Origin: Eledone cirrhosa | Taxonomy: Eukaryota | NCBI GenBank assembly: GCA_964016885.1 | Contig: OZ024741.1 | Location: 345,712,001 to 345,776,000, forward strand | DNA: 64,000 nt | Direction of reading: 5' to 3' | In this document: in pieces, positions 1-14,700 of the stretch | Position numbering within the stretch: position 1 is the stretch's first letter | Layout: every line of letters begins with the position of its first letter | Translations under genes and position numbers: made by a program | Notes under the pieces: model-generated | The model's database searches: none | What the model was told of the DNA's origin: nothing | The model's input: only the letters and a program-made list of their open reading frames with translations

Positions 1-820
1 CTCACTCTCTGTAAAAAATCGATTATGTTCAGACAGGGTGAGGAGATGAGTTTCACCAGGTTTAAAAAATGCTTAGGAAACACCGTTTGACAAAACGGTG
101 CCTGTACGCATCTAGAAAGAGTTACGAATCCAAACATACAATCCTCACGCTTGTTCAAAGTGATTTTCATCTTTTTAAACATATACCTGATGCTTACCTG
201 GAGAAGAAACAATCTATGTTTTTTTCAAGAACATAATATTTTCGGAGACAATATGTCTACTATCGCTTTATATGACTTTCTATAAACAATGATGTATTTG
301 CAATAAGTATGAATTTAGAAAACCATCCCCTACTATGAATTCTGGATTCATTCATGAAATTTGTAACGGTGTTTCAGGATATTTTGTTTTTCATTGTTTG
401 TAGTGAAATACTTCTTTAAGTAAGCAATGTCGCAATTTTTAGTTTTGAAACAATGTAATTTCATGTTTTATATTCGGTTCATATTTCTTGGAATGATGGA
501 CTATCCTATTGTGATGAAACGTGTAATTTATATAGTTATTAATGGAACGTCATTGTATGAATTTGCAAAGCTTTATCTTCTTCTGAGGGAGCCATCGAGT
601 CTAAAATAAACACAGAGTTCCCACTATCTAATTGCATTAATAAGCAACAAAACAATAACAAGGAATATCTTAAGGAGAAAGAAGTTTGTAAACAAATGAT
701 TAAAAAATCGATGTTAACGAAGACAATTTAGTTAACACGAATAAAGGAATACTTATAAAAAGAAAACACTTGTTGAAAAAATAAATCATATGACCGTAAT
801 GATTTAATTATGGGTGTCGA

Positions 821-1100
821 ATTGGCAAAGATGTTTGCGTGTTGGATAGAATGCCTTGTCATACTCGATCCGGCTCTCTGCGCTCTGAGTACAAATCCCG
901 CTGAGGTCAACTTTGCATTTCATCCGTTCGTGCTCGATAAATAAAATAACAGTTCAGTACCGGGGTCGATTTTTTCTCCGTGTATTTCATACAATGAGTC
1001 TCTAGTTCTTCCTCCGGAAAATACGTAATCAGCTGTTGTATCTGGAAAAATATAGATTCCGCCAGGTTTAGGTGGACAAAACACGCCATATGGGGGACTC
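821..1100 (+). mobile_element. tRNA-derived SINE, family A (long form, diverged)
   Basis: B-box-like GAGTACAAATCCC followed by core GAGGTCAACTTTGCATTTCATCC...GATAAA...GGGGTCGAT shared with about 10 other copies; 3' extension resembles 29571-29670 and 30140-30200. Confidence 0.7.
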
Positions 1101-1339
1101 AAAGAAGGAAGGGACGAATACTTTCATTACCACGAGCAATCTTGATTTCTACATCTAAATTTTTATCATTTCCATTTTGTACAGAAATTGTACAGAAATA
1201 TATGAATGTACTTATTTCTCTCTCCCCTTTTCTTTCTCCCGTTTTTCTATTTCTACCTCTTCGTCTTCTCTCATTCTTTCCTCATTTCTCTCCTCACATA
1301 TACATAATTGTGTGTGTGTCCGTGTGAGTGTGTGTCTCC

Positions 1340-1412
<73 letters not shown>

Positions 1413-1557
1413 TATGTGTAGGGGTGTGTAAAATATGAGACCATGACATAAAAATATAAATTAAATGTTTGAAATATGCCGATGTCGATTGCTCCATTGA
1501 AATGATTATTTGGAAGTGTTAAAAAACTAAAAGAGACATTTACCACCCCCACCCCTC

Positions 1558-1602
<45 letters not shown>

Positions 1603-1968
1603 TTACCAATTAACAGGAACAGCAAAATGTTGGGTTTAGTAGAAGTTTAAGATAACCTTTAAAAAATAGGTTTTTCGAAAAGTGCCCATTAAGCCCTGGC
1701 GTGGATTATCTGCAGGCTTTTCTCTGTGAGTAAAAAGAAACAAACGATTATCTCAGTATTGAAACCCGTCAGATTTGGGGTAGTCAGACCTAGTTCTAGA
1801 AAGAATAGTAGCTTATAACTAATTATAATTTGCTGTCATTTGTACAGAACAAAATTGGTTTGTCTAATTTAAAATCGAGTGCAAGCGCTGGTAACGTGCA
1901 TCAATTAACAAATAGAAGCAGAAAAACAGCATCTGGTTAAATAGGAGTAAGGTAAACATTCGAAGTGT

Positions 1969-2180
1969 AGAGGTGAGTGTCCTAGTGGTTACGGTGTTGG
2001 ACTTACGATAATAATGTCAATGCGCTCATATGAAAATGAGTACCAACAGTAGGTGGGTGTTAACCCTGTGATGGACTCATGTCCTGTCCAGGGGGTGGTG
2101 TGTACTCTTAGTTGCTTAACGCCACTGAAAACCGGGGTCAGCAATGGATTACTGAGTCACAGGGCTTGGGACCGACGTTT
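1969..2180 (+). mobile_element. Degenerate tRNA-derived SINE (family C)
   Basis: A-box-like CCTAGTGGTTA, central AAATGAGTACC and CCCTGTGATGGACT..CCTGTCCAGGG; related copy at 30950-31205. Confidence 0.55.
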
Positions 2181-2983
2181 TTATTTTAAACATACGAGCG
2201 TTTGTTTTTACTCAACATACTCTTTTATACTCGTTGGGGAGATATAGATATGGGATGATATGAAATAATGTTTTTATAATGTTAAATAAAATGTCGTAAT
2301 CTTCCATATCAGGAAGGCTGATATGGAATCTAGAGCACGCACGTAAATATATATTCACTTATACGTGCATGTACACATACACAACATATGTATAAGCTGA
2401 ATCCACTCACCCAGCTTTTTCCGGGGAAACAATATTGCTATATCTTCTGGCATTTTTACATATTTTAGTGTTAGTCTATCACACTATTTTAGTTTCCCCA
2501 CTCATTCTTTTGCTTCCCTTTCTATACAATTCTTTCTTACAATTATGTATCTTTATATCGATAATAATTACTCTTTATATTGTTTACTAGCATCTCCATA
2601 TGTACAATATCATCCAAACATAACTTAATTTAATTATCATTAATATCCATACATATCAGCGAGAAATATTAAAAAAATATGTAATTCTTTCATATATGTT
2701 TTCTATTTTAGTTAATTTAACACTTAACTTAATCAGATATTCTCATTTTCGCAAGGCTATAAAGGCGTGTTCATACCTTTATAGCGTTTTCCCCATTTCT
2801 GTCGAGTTTCTACTTGTTTTCTGTTGTAGGCCATGTCCCTTTTATTACTCCCTCTATTCTCTCTCTGCTTTGTTACTTGACATACATTTTTGTTTCACAT
2901 ACACGCACAGAAACCTACAAATATATCTATATCTATCTATATTCTCTCTCTCCCCCTCTCTCTCTTTCTTTCTATCTCTCTCC

Positions 2984-3019
<36 letters not shown>

Positions 3020-3126
3020 CTATCTGTATGTAAAAGGTAAACAGAAATAACAACACAATCGGTACATGGAAGGAATATATTAGTGTAACGCTTGAAATAG
3101 CAGGAAGAGGGTCTTAACGTTTCGGA

Positions 3127-3172
<46 letters not shown>

Positions 3173-3522
3173 CTTCTCACTTCCTCCCGTTTGACCTGTA
3201 GTGGGGTCTTTTCCTGCTCACACCTCACTCGTGTCGGTCTGTAGTCTCTCGCCCATGAAATCCACACAGCTTAAGCTGATCGGACTCCCATGTGCTTGTT
3301 TTTTCCTATCTTTGCGTTGCTTCCTTCTATGTTTGTTTACTTGTCTCGCTCGCTTTACGCAATTTACTTGTCCCAATAGCTTTATTTAGCTATTGCTCGC
3401 ACCAACTGGAGGTATATGATTTTTAAAGCGATGAAATACCAATGAAGGTTGGAAAACCACCGATGAAGGACTATTTTTATCATATGTAACCCATGTGCAA
3501 CCACGCAGTATTCTTTCTTCTC

Positions 3523-3567
<45 letters not shown>

Positions 3568-3660
3568 TGAAATAGAAGCTTTCGCCGTATTTTGATTAAA
3601 GAAAATTAGCCTGATAGTGGGGTTAAAAACCCTCTAAATGGAAAAGGATCGTTTTTTTAA

Positions 3661-3750
<90 letters not shown>

Positions 3751-3752
<2 letters not shown>

Positions 3753-4705
3753 CAAAGGAATTGTGGTAAGGAACCAGATGGACCATAACGCACCAGAGTA
3801 CTCAATACTTAGGGTAGTAGGGTGGGAAATAGGAAAAAGTATGACCCCGACAGCAGAGCTCAAGCCGTTTCGACGGCTATTTCTGGACTAAATTCTTTAA
3901 TTCTGGTGAAGGGGCGTAGGCTTATAGTGTACTACTACCACCCTATCATTGACAGAGGCCAGCGGTGAGATCAGGTTACATTCAAGTTGGTCAGAAGTGC
4001 TAGAAAGTGCCACGAAAAATATTAAAAAAAAACCCATATATCTTTAACAAAGCTATATATAGTGGGCGTCTGCACAGTATATTGTAGGGTCAGAAATTAC
4101 GATTAACAATTAGAAATGTTAAATTTATGTTTAGAGTTAAAAGATGGCATTTAAGATGAAATTAGAAAAGTAAGATTTAGGTTTAAAGTTGGGAGATTTA
4201 GTTAAATAATTTACAGAAGGAGGCGTTTATGAAAAAGTTTAAGTGTATTATAAATAGTCACGATAAAGTTTCAGGGCAGGATATAGAGTAAAGATTAAGC
4301 CCTTGCTTAGCGGTCATTAACCAGCGACGTTGCGGACTCCCGGCCATCCCGGGGGCCAACGGCGTGTCAACCGTTCCGAGTATTTTCGTTTACCGAAAGA
4401 AGGGGAAATTTATTTTTCCAAGCACTCTAGGAAGGCTGATCGACCCGAGCGCCTGGCGTGCAGTCGGGAAAGCTGCCACATCTGTCGGATCATCGCGTGT
4501 ACCAAACGATTATTAATTATTCACACTCGTGATGTGAAGTTTAAAAGTGGCAAAATCTGATGAAATGTGTAAATAGACTATATTTGGTCCCCAGTTAGTC
4601 CGGGTTATATGTAGTGTGATTCTTGAGTGGGTAGGGGGAGTGATTAAAGATAAACAGATATAAAGGGTACAGAGAGTAATATTCTAGGGTCGTGTGCTAA
4701 TTTTA
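3751..4705 (-). mobile_element. Non-coding PLE-like 3' end with core-deleted hammerhead, anchored in (TA)n
   Basis: 3751-3900 matches the tails at 12291, 39341 and 40445; 3985-4705 is homologous to 55455-56430. Confidence 0.7.
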
Positions 4706-4869
4706 GGTAACAGATGAGTACAAGGATCTCCCTCAATTACCACCCTAGGTATGACTGCATTTTATTTATGCATTTTATTTATGTTTTTATTTATGTATTT
4801 ATTTATTCACTTTACTCTCCTCATATACTCCTTATATACTTATCCTTGTACTCATCTGTTAAAATGCTG

Positions 4870-6300
4870 TCATACCTTTGATGTTATCAAAGTATATAGT
4901 AACATTCCACATGACAACGGAATCGAGGCAATCAAATACTGGCTGGGCCCATTCCCTTATGAGCTACAAAACCGTATTGACAGAAAGTTCATCATAGAGG
5001 GTGGTCTTCAATTTAACTTTAAACACAACTTCTTCATGTTCAATGAGAAGGCTTATCTAATCAGGAACAGCCATGGGGAATAAAGTCGCACCAACATACG
5101 CCAACTTAGTCATGGGATACCATAAATTACAAATCTACAAACTACAAACAAACCCCACAAATCTATGTAAGAAAATTCAGTTGTTAAACTGGGAAATATA
5201 CTTGGAAGACTGTTTTATTCTGTGGAGGGAAAATTTTGACGAACACGAACTAAAGAAATTTAAAAACTTCAAAACTATGAGCACTAACATCCAATTCAAT
5301 TTAGATTTCAGAAACGAAAAAAAACAAAACCTTCTTTTCTTAGATACTAATAACAAAACAAAAACTAGAGACTGATATATATCTCAAAACCACTGACTCC
5401 TGACAATATCTTCTTTCCAACACACACCCGTACCAATATTCAACTTAACTCATCTTGCAAATCTCCTCAAACCCCACAAGAAGAGACGAAAAAGTAGAAA
5501 AAATGAAAAAATACTCATCAAGAGAAAATGCCCTTAGAATCTAATCAATAATTGTTTCTACATTAGGCACAAGGCCAGCAAATACCCAGTGCATTACTGG
5601 TACTTTATTTTATCGACCCCGTAAGGATGAAAGGCAAAGTTAACCTTGGCGGGATTTGAACTCAGAATGGCAAGTGCCGTAACTCTATACGTCAAAGCAT
5701 GGCGTCCGACCCTCTACCGATACTGCCAATTCACCGATCAATAATATCATTTAAAAAGAAAAGTAAGGTAAATTAATATCCAAGTAATTCGAGAAACAAA
5801 AACAAAAAATGAAAAATCATACGATAACCCAAATAACACAGAAATCTACACACACATAGAAGCTACCTATACACAACCTCTTACACAAATCCTCAATACA
5901 AATAGTAAAAAACAACTTAAGTCACTATAAACATATAACAAATGCAAAACAGCAAACAGAAATTAAAGAGCCTAAAGTGAAAAGATGCAACCGATCTAAC
6001 TGCGAGCTGTGCAACTATCTAGTAGAAGACCAAGAATTCCATTTCAAAGAAGGTCCCATTTTCAAAATTAAATATGACTTCTCGTGCAATGCAGAAAGTT
6101 TAATATATATATTATAACATGCAAGGGTTGTCAGGAACACTTCGTTGACTAATCAGGATTAACACTCCGTCAAAGAATGACAGGTCACCGCCAGCAAATT
6201 ATGGATCCATATGAAAGAAAGATCCATCTTAGTCAACATATAGAGGAATGCCAGAAAACATAGGCGGAAATTTTTTTATTGAAAAATTTAGGCCGAAACT
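4870..6300 (+). pseudogene. Penelope-like retroelement RT + GIY-YIG remnant (Neptune-like type), frameshifted, interrupted by a SINE
   Basis: FDVIKVYSNIPHDNG (RT motif A), MGNKVAPTYANLVMG (B'), WEIYLEDCFILW (C, decayed YLDD), then CNRSNCELC and ITCKGC of the endonuclease near 5985-6200. Confidence 0.85.
5551..5735 (-). mobile_element. tRNA-derived SINE, family A, with target-site duplication
   Basis: Family A core; ATCAATAAT repeated at 5544-5552 and 5737-5745. Confidence 0.85.
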
Positions 6301-6470
6301 GAACTCTTTCCGCACATGAATTTTGAATATCTGATCAGAGCAGACTTATGTCCCTTGTGAAGGATTGTGTTCTTGACACAAAGGGAAAAGATACAACCAG
6401 TTGCGCTCCTTGTTTTAACAAAATATAAGCGACAATAACGTTACAAATGGAAAATTAAACACGAAAAAAC

Positions 6471-6505
6471 CTTTTGAAAAGCTATTTTAAGCGAAACCGG
6501 TCAAG
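6471..6505 (+). ncRNA. Minimal type I hammerhead ribozyme, U3-A8 core variant
   Basis: ctt-TTGAAAA-gct.atttta.agc-GAAA-ccgg-TC-aag; stems I and II pair, palindromic stem III; lies downstream of a PLE ORF. Confidence 0.75.
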
Positions 6506-6756
6506 TACAAAAGTACAAAATCTTTCCCGTTGCGTACCATACACATAACATGCATATATAACAAATAAAAACAAAACACATTGGGTGGTTTTTTTTCAAA
6601 TCTTTATTATTTTTCTTATACAACACGATTTGAATATAAAACCCTTAATCTAGCAATATTTTGATTTTACTCTCTATTTACACAAACACACAGGCACACA
6701 GACAGACACAGAGACACATACATACACACATATAAGCATACATATATACATATATG

Positions 6757-6826
<70 letters not shown>

Positions 6827-7249
6827 CCTACCTAATTACAGTATCGATATCCGTAAATCTATAGTTACTAGCTCCACATAAATCTCAAATAAAGATTCGC
6901 AACAACTGATAGAAAGTTATAAAAGAAAAGAACAAGAAAAAACAAAAAAAAACAACAACGAAACAAAAACACACAAAAAAACAACAAAACCAAATAGAAA
7001 TACGAAACGATTTTCTACAGTATTTTTCAGAACAGAATCTTCTAAATCCTATTTATATATCAACGTAAGAACTGGACCATCTTACCTATTTAAATAGCTT
7101 AAATTGCACCAGAAGTATATGATATTGTAAACGTCATCGTTTAACACGCCGTAAGAAACAATACCGAGGATAAGAAGCTAAGTTATCCATTCACTTACTT
7201 TCCACCCACACTCTTTCTTTCTTGCTTTCTTTCACTTTCTTCCTTTCAT

Positions 7250-7358
<109 letters not shown>

Positions 7359-7692
7359 ATGTATGTATGTTCTTCTGGTTTTATAATTTCACAAAGTTTT
7401 ACCAATAGAGAGAGAGTCGGTTTCTAACAGAGACACAAGACTCTCTCATTGGAATTTACACAACATCAACTAGGTAGATAATGTATGTCTGCATGTGTAG
7501 ATATGAATGTTATTGTATGTGTGGATGTGTATGTTTTGAGTTGTATGTGTGCATGTGTATATGCTTTGTATCTGTACATGTGTATATGCAGTTATTAGAT
7601 GCAACATTTTTGGAATGTTTTACATATTTTTACTGTTCCATTAATGGATTGTACTTGTAATTTCCTAACTAGTTGTGTTCTTTCTGTTCATG

Positions 7693-7937
7693 GTATGTAT
7701 GTATGTATGTATGTATGTATGTATGTATGTATGTATGTATGTATGTATGTATAATCAATGTCTGTCTTGGCAAGTGTGTATGTATGTAAGTATGTATGTA
7801 TGAATGTATGTATTCATGTATGTATGCATGGAAGCATGTATATATGTATGTATGTAGGTATGTATGTGTGCACGCATGCTTGTTTGGTATGTACGTATCA
7901 TAATTGTATATATATATATATATATACATATATACAT

Positions 7938-7972
<35 letters not shown>

Positions 7973-8011
7973 CATATATGTATGTATGTATGTATGTATA
8001 TATTATATATA

Positions 8012-8077
<66 letters not shown>

Positions 8078-8176
8078 TTATATATATATGTATGTATATA
8101 TATATTATATATATATATACATATAATATATATATATATATGTATATATATACATATATAAATGTAGACATATATA

Positions 8177-8238
<62 letters not shown>

Positions 8239-8341
8239 TATATATGTCTACATTTATATATATATGTATATATATACATATATATATATATATTATATGT
8301 ATATATATATATAATATATATATACATACATATATATATAA

Positions 8342-8393
<52 letters not shown>

Positions 8394-8410
8394 TATATAT
8401 AATATATACA

Positions 8411-8475
<65 letters not shown>

Positions 8476-8489
8476 ATATATATATACAT

Positions 8490-8538
<49 letters not shown>
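7693..8538. repeat. Compound (TATG)n/(TA)n/(CA)n microsatellite containing an approx. 600 bp palindrome
   Basis: AATGTAGACAT at 8161 is mirrored by ATGTCTACATT near 8244; the interruption pattern is mirrored outward. Confidence 0.85.
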
Positions 8539-8540
<2 letters not shown>

Positions 8541-9103
8541 CTAGTCTCTTTCGGCCAGTTGATTAACGACGTCAGTGAGTTTAAATGTAATCTTAAATTG
8601 ATTACTTTCAAAACCACTGATTTGTACGGTCGACCGATAAAACGAAACTACGTTTCGGATGTATAATCTCTCTTTATCTCACACAAATGAACAAACAAGC
8701 GCGCACGCACACACACTCACATATGTACTTATACACGCACACACACACATGCACACCAATGTATACACACACACATACACAAATACATATACTCACACAT
8801 ACATTTATTGTCATGTTTGTACGCGTATTTATGAAAGTGTATCTCTACTGTTGTGCGAAAATTGTGAAACAATATATTATGTATATACAAGAATGATTAT
8901 AAATATATGCATGATTGTATATATATATATATATACATACAGACACACACATACACACACATACACGCACACACACACACATACCTATATATATATATAT
9001 ATAATAGTAGAACACTAGAGGGTTATATCCGTAGTAGTAGAGCACTCAATCCATGGGACGAGTTTGGTAGAAATAGTTCCACAACAGTTAGTTCACCATT
9101 AGT

Positions 9104-9140
9104 GAGAACAATTGTTTCACCTTATTTGGATCATCAGCTC
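9104..9140 (-). ncRNA. Minimal type I hammerhead motif
   Basis: Reverse complement reads gag-CTGATGA-tccaaataaggt-GAAA-caattg-TT-ctc. Confidence 0.7.
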
Positions 9141-9213
9141 GGTTTAAATGAGGTTGTTTGGAAAAGGAAAAACAACTGTTGTTTTTCCTTTTCCAAACAA
9201 TCTCATTTAAACC

Positions 9214-9250
9214 GAGCTGATGATCCAAATAAGGTGAAACAATTGCTCTC
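9214..9250 (+). ncRNA. Minimal type I hammerhead motif (one substitution near cleavage site)
   Basis: gag-CTGATGA-tccaaataaggt-GAAA-caattg-ct-ctc. Confidence 0.6.
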
Positions 9251-9298
9251 AGTAATGGTGAACTAACTGTTGTGGAATTACTTATATATATATATATA

Positions 9299-9603
9299 TA
9301 GTAATAATAATAAATTTGAAGACTAAAATCCAAAGAGGGCTCGATAAGGATAAATATATATCAAATATATAAGAACCGTAGAACAAATATTTATTAAAAT
9401 AACAGATTAAAGTTTAAGCAAAGAATCGCTGCTTTCACCCATAATGGGATCGTCTGAATTAAGGGTGAAAGCAGCGATTCTTTGCTTAAACTTTAATCTG
9501 TTATTTTAATAAATATTTGCTCTAGGGTTCTTATATATTTGATATATATTTATCCTTATCGAGCCCTCTTTGGATTTTAGTCTTCACATTTATTATTATT
9601 ACT

Positions 9604-9604
<1 letters not shown>
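9299..9604. mobile_element. Fold-back micro-element with a degenerate hammerhead at its apex
   Basis: Arms 9299-9440 and 9463-9604 are near-perfect inverted repeats; minus strand 9423-9460 reads CAGACGA-tcccattatgggt-GAAA-gcagc. Confidence 0.75.
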
Positions 9605-9663
<59 letters not shown>

Positions 9664-9681
9664 ACATATATACACATATGA

Positions 9682-9900
9682 ATCGATCGACTTTCGTCAA
9701 ACCGGACCGAGGAAACAATGTTTCCGTTGGTCTTTCCAATTGCTAATACTATCTACCGGTTGCAACTCCAGGTAGAAGGAATGAACGTGAAAATAAAGTG
9801 TCTTGTTCAAGGACATAACGCATCTCCCAGTCCAGGATTCGAACTCACAACCTCACAATTGCGAATCCAGTTTTCTAACCAATCAGCCACACGCCTTCAC
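9682..9900 (-). mobile_element. tRNA-derived SINE, family B
   Basis: Reverse complement of 21190-21382; A box GGCTGATTGG, B box GAGTTCGAATCC, core GTCCTTGAACAAGACACTT. Confidence 0.8.
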
Positions 9901-10294
9901 TATAAGTTTATAATATGTAGGTATGCACACCCACATACACAAGCCCCTTACTATATAAATATATATTCACTACAGCGGCTCATCGAGCACAACACAGTTT
10001 ATACATTCTTTGAAATATTCCATCAACGATGCTTGACACCCATGCCATATTTGTCCTGCAAAGATTGCTCTCCTGTCGTATAAGCACATTGTGACAAAAC
10101 TATTTCACCCTAAATGTGTTTACTCTGTTCAATGTTATCCCGATCCTCTACTTCATCAAAGCCCAAATGAATGCCGCATGGACAAATTAATTGAAGAGGC
10201 ATTAGATAAGGCAACAATATTCCTTATGTATCAATCAAAAATAAACATTTTCTTGAGTAGAAAATGGTCTTAAAAATTTTGTCCAAGATATTTA

Positions 10295-10477
10295 CTACGG
10301 TCGAGCGTCGGAAAACATGATTTGCCGCATATAGTTACATCCCTTTACATTCTGAGTTCAAATCCCGCTGAGGTTAGCTTTGCAGTTCATCCTTACCGGG
10401 TCGATAAAATATAATACCTGTAACACACTAAGGTCGATTTAAATTTGTTGGCCTTGTGCCTAAATGAGAAATTATTA
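10295..10477 (+). mobile_element. tRNA-derived SINE, family A
   Basis: GAGTTCAAATCCCGCTGAGGTTAGCTTTGC...GGGTCGATAAAAT, tail GGCCTTGTGCCT. Confidence 0.75.
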
Positions 10478-10720
10478 TGTTAGACATGTTTTTTACCAGT
10501 ACTGGAAGTTTGCAATGTTATTAAAGTTAGTAGTCGTATGTGGACGTAATATATAATTGCATGTATGCGTTTGGCTTATTGTTCTATATATTTCCTTTGT
10601 TTTTCTTTTAGTTTCTTTAGTTTAACTTTGTATTTTGTTTTCTTCAGACTATTATCTCTTGAATTAGTTTCCCAATTACAAGCTTGAAGTTATACACATT
10701 TATATAGGTTTGTAGATCCG

Positions 10721-10787
<67 letters not shown>

Positions 10788-10800
10788 GTATATACATATT

Positions 10801-10851
<51 letters not shown>

Positions 10852-11443
10852 GTATATATATCTTAAAGCAAACACAGATGTATTTGCTTATAAACATATA
10901 TGTAATTTTAAATACGTGATCTTCGATGTGTAGATATAGAGAAAAACAATAAACTGGAAAGCAAAAACTCCAGGAGAAAATGTGATATTTGTACCAAGTG
11001 CTGTAAGCTATATTTTGCAATTCAATAAAATGACCAGGTTTACCTACAATCAACCAAACCTAACATATTCTCCACATTTGAGACATTTCCCACCCTCCCA
11101 TTGTTTAAAGTAAACCTCTGAATCAATTTCAACGTTATAATAAAATTACAATAAATTTATGTTGAACAACAAATAACGTCATTGCGGTTTGAGGTTAAAA
11201 TTGTATTAACTATCTAAAGATAGCGATAGGATAGATAGAAGCGAGAGGACAGAGAAGATAAGAGAAAGAAAAAAAAAAGTGCGTTTGTGGGAATGTAGAG
11301 AAGAAGAGAGAGGCAAAATGGTGCTTATAATGTCATAACAACTTATAAGAATATACATACAATATTTCACATTGCGACACCAATGATACTGCACATCTAT
11401 CTCTTTACCTCTCTGTCTAGGCACAAACACACCCACATACATG

Positions 11444-11531
<88 letters not shown>

Positions 11532-11767
11532 ACACACACATATATATACATACATATATATATATATATATGTGTTAGGTAATTCCGAAGAAAAAGCAAA
11601 GGAAAAAGAGAGCTCTATGTATAGAACAGAGCTATTTAATTAGAAAGTGAACAACTCAATATATAACTACTCCATTACCAAAGGTTTCTGGATCCTAGAC
11701 AATATTAATATACGTCTGGATCGTTCATCAGACAGAGATGTTATGAATAGAAAATATGAAATTATAA

Positions 11768-11899
<132 letters not shown>

Positions 11900-12290
11900 A
11901 ACAACAAACAGCGGAGGACGCGTTTCGCACCTGTCCGACAGACAACCTTTCCCCCACCCCGGAAAAAAACCCCAGTTGATGGATTTGAATCCGAAATATA
12001 TAGGGACTATTAAATCTCTCCCAAGGTAACTCTCTCTTGTGTTGTTATTTTAATTTTATCCTTTATACTCTTCCCTTCATTCTTCTACACATCTTACACA
12101 TCTTATACACACCACGCATCTCAACGTACACCCATTTACATCCTCTCTCCACCACCGGACCTTGTTACCCGGAGATTTACCCATTTGCATTGTCGAGGCT
12201 TCCAAACGACTTAAAGATATTTACTTATTATTCCACAATGCTTCAAGCAAACTTCATTACGCTCTTATATATATATATATATATATATTT

Positions 12291-12487
12291 AACGAAGGAG
12301 TTGTGGTAAGGAACAAAATGGACCATAACGCACCAGAGTACTCAATACTTAGGGTAGTAGAGTGGGTAATAGGAAAAAGTAAGACCCCGACGGCAGAGCT
12401 CAAGCCGTTTCGACGGCTATTTCTATAGTCCAGGAATACCCGTCGAAACCGCTTGAGCTCTGCCGTCGGGGTCTTACTTTTTCCTAT
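12291..12487. mobile_element. Asymmetric fold-back micro-element (GUC-hammerhead family, catalytic core absent)
   Basis: Palindrome 12369-12487, tail 12291-12368, between (TA)n arrays. Confidence 0.85.
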
Positions 12488-12505
12488 ATATATATATATA
12501 TATAC

Positions 12506-12592
<87 letters not shown>

Positions 12593-13189
12593 CACATATA
12601 TAGACACACATATGTACATAATACACACACATACACATATATATATAAATGGATTAAAATAAAATTTACTTCTATCATACCATAAATCAGCTCACATATG
12701 CTTTATACAGGCTAAAATCAGTATTTTGCAGAACATTATTTATTCAAAATTTTATTCAGAATACTTAGGTATCTTACTTTAAATCCTAAGAACAAATATG
12801 CATTCATGTATATATCGAAAAACCTTTTTAGGGTGCAACCTAAGGGGTATAACATTTGCAGATTGTACTATGTTGTTAACGCAAGAAATTAGACAGGGGT
12901 GATAACTTTTGGCTTACCACATTGGAGCTCTTTAATTGCTCATTTCACAGCCTCAGAGAGATTAGTCATCGCTCCCAGATACACCCCGTGTACATCAGAA
13001 GATGTTATTGCTATCTGTATTCTCTCCAATTCTCGAGGATACACCTCTCCGAAAGTAAAAGAACCCTAGATGCGTTCCTGATAACAGGTGTAGAGGAGGG
13101 CTTCTTATTACGACGTCGACGGATGGTCTGCTACAAAACTTTATTTGCTTATATGAAGTCGGATTTCAGCTTAACCCCAAGTCATCACA

Positions 13190-14700
13190 TGTTTTAACTT
13201 TGAACGCTTTTAATATCTCTGTTGTGATTTCTCGCACCTGATTGTACCGCAAGTGCAAGCAGGGCGATTTATTTCTAAGTCAGGTTTGTAAGCCTCCCTC
13301 CTTGATCGGATGATATCTTTGACCGCTTGATTGAATCAAGGAGTCATCCTGCCACTAGGACCCACATTAAGCCGCTTTCGCTCGCAATATTTAACAGCTG
13401 AAGCAGAAACTACTGCGCTGAACAATCTCCACTCTGTCTCAACGTTCTCAGTTTGCTCAGCGAGTTGTCTTAATTTGGATGCAATAGTATTCGCATACCT
13501 GGTCCAGGCCCCTTTATCCACCTACGTTTCCCACTTTATCCTGCTGGTCAGGCTGGACCTGTCAGTTTTGTGAACGTCTTTGGATTTAGGTAGTTTCAAT
13601 TTGTAGATAACTAGATGTTGATCAGTTGACAGCTCAGCCCCTCTCTTGTCACGAACATCCAACACAAAATTGATGAGATCAGACACAATAACAACATCAA
13701 TTATTGATCTCTGTCCCTGATTTCCCCTATGCCATGTGTATTTATAGATGTCTCTGGGCAGGAAAAAGGTGTTCATGATAGAGAGTCTATTGCTAGAACA
13801 GAAGTCTAATAAGGCATCTCTATTCTTATTTAGATCGGGATCGCCGTTCCATATCACTTCTTTCCATATCAGGTGGTCAGTGGTGCCATCATGTGCATAG
13901 ATGTCTCCCATTAGAATATATGACTAAGTATTAACTATATGTAACTCTGCAGTGAATTATTCAAAGAAGGATCTGAATTCAGACTCCTCGTTTGGTGCAT
14001 AAACTTGCACCATCCACGGAGACCTAACTTTAGCTGGCAAATCCTCCCTCGTAACGGGATCCATAACTCATTCTGACAGTCGGGAGTGTGTGAGTATCCC
14101 CACACCCGCCTGTGCAGTCATTTCTGGTGCCACACCTGAATAATGGGCTTCCACTGCCCACTCAAAATTACAGTTTCAGAGTCACAGAAGTTTTTTTGAG
14201 GAATCCCAATTATATCTAACCGGTAGCTTCTAGGCTCTTCCACTATTTCATCTTCTTTACCTATAAATGTAATAATATTCCAGGTACCAATTGTTACGGT
14301 TTGCTCCCTTCCAAACCCTCTTTGGTGTTTCGGGATACGCAATATTTGTTCGCCCATTCCATGCCTCCTAGGATAGGTCGCAGGCCCATCGCCAGTTTTT
14401 ACAGAATGAAATGGAGACTGCAATATATATTTCAAAGACCCCACTAAACAATGCCTGAACGCGTCCCTTGTTAACACACACGAAAGATGATGTGGTATGA
14501 TTATTTTTGTTACCTTTCAACATATTGCAGGTTTAGTGGTCTTATTCATGCCAGTTACCAATCTGGTACTTTTCTCATATCTGCGAAGACTAGCCTTCTT
14601 TAGAGGCGGCCTTTACTCGCCTCGTCATAGCTACGTCACTGGGTTGTGAGAGTTTTCTTGGCAATTAAATGCATCACCCATTGCTCCATCTTCCCTACTA
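13190..14700 (-). pseudogene. RTE-clade LINE 5' part: apurinic endonuclease domain remnant plus putative 5' UTR
   Basis: TIGTWNI, LDIIGI, MGDIYAH, LSIMNTFF, YKYTW, SIIDVVIVS, GAELSTDQHLV are APE motifs; frameshifted. Confidence 0.85.

Larger units (their letters stand above)
9004..9282. mobile_element. Asymmetric fold-back micro-element with a hammerhead in each arm
   Basis: Near-perfect palindrome 9077-9277 centred near 9177, extra tail 9004-9076, flanked by (TA)n. Confidence 0.85.
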
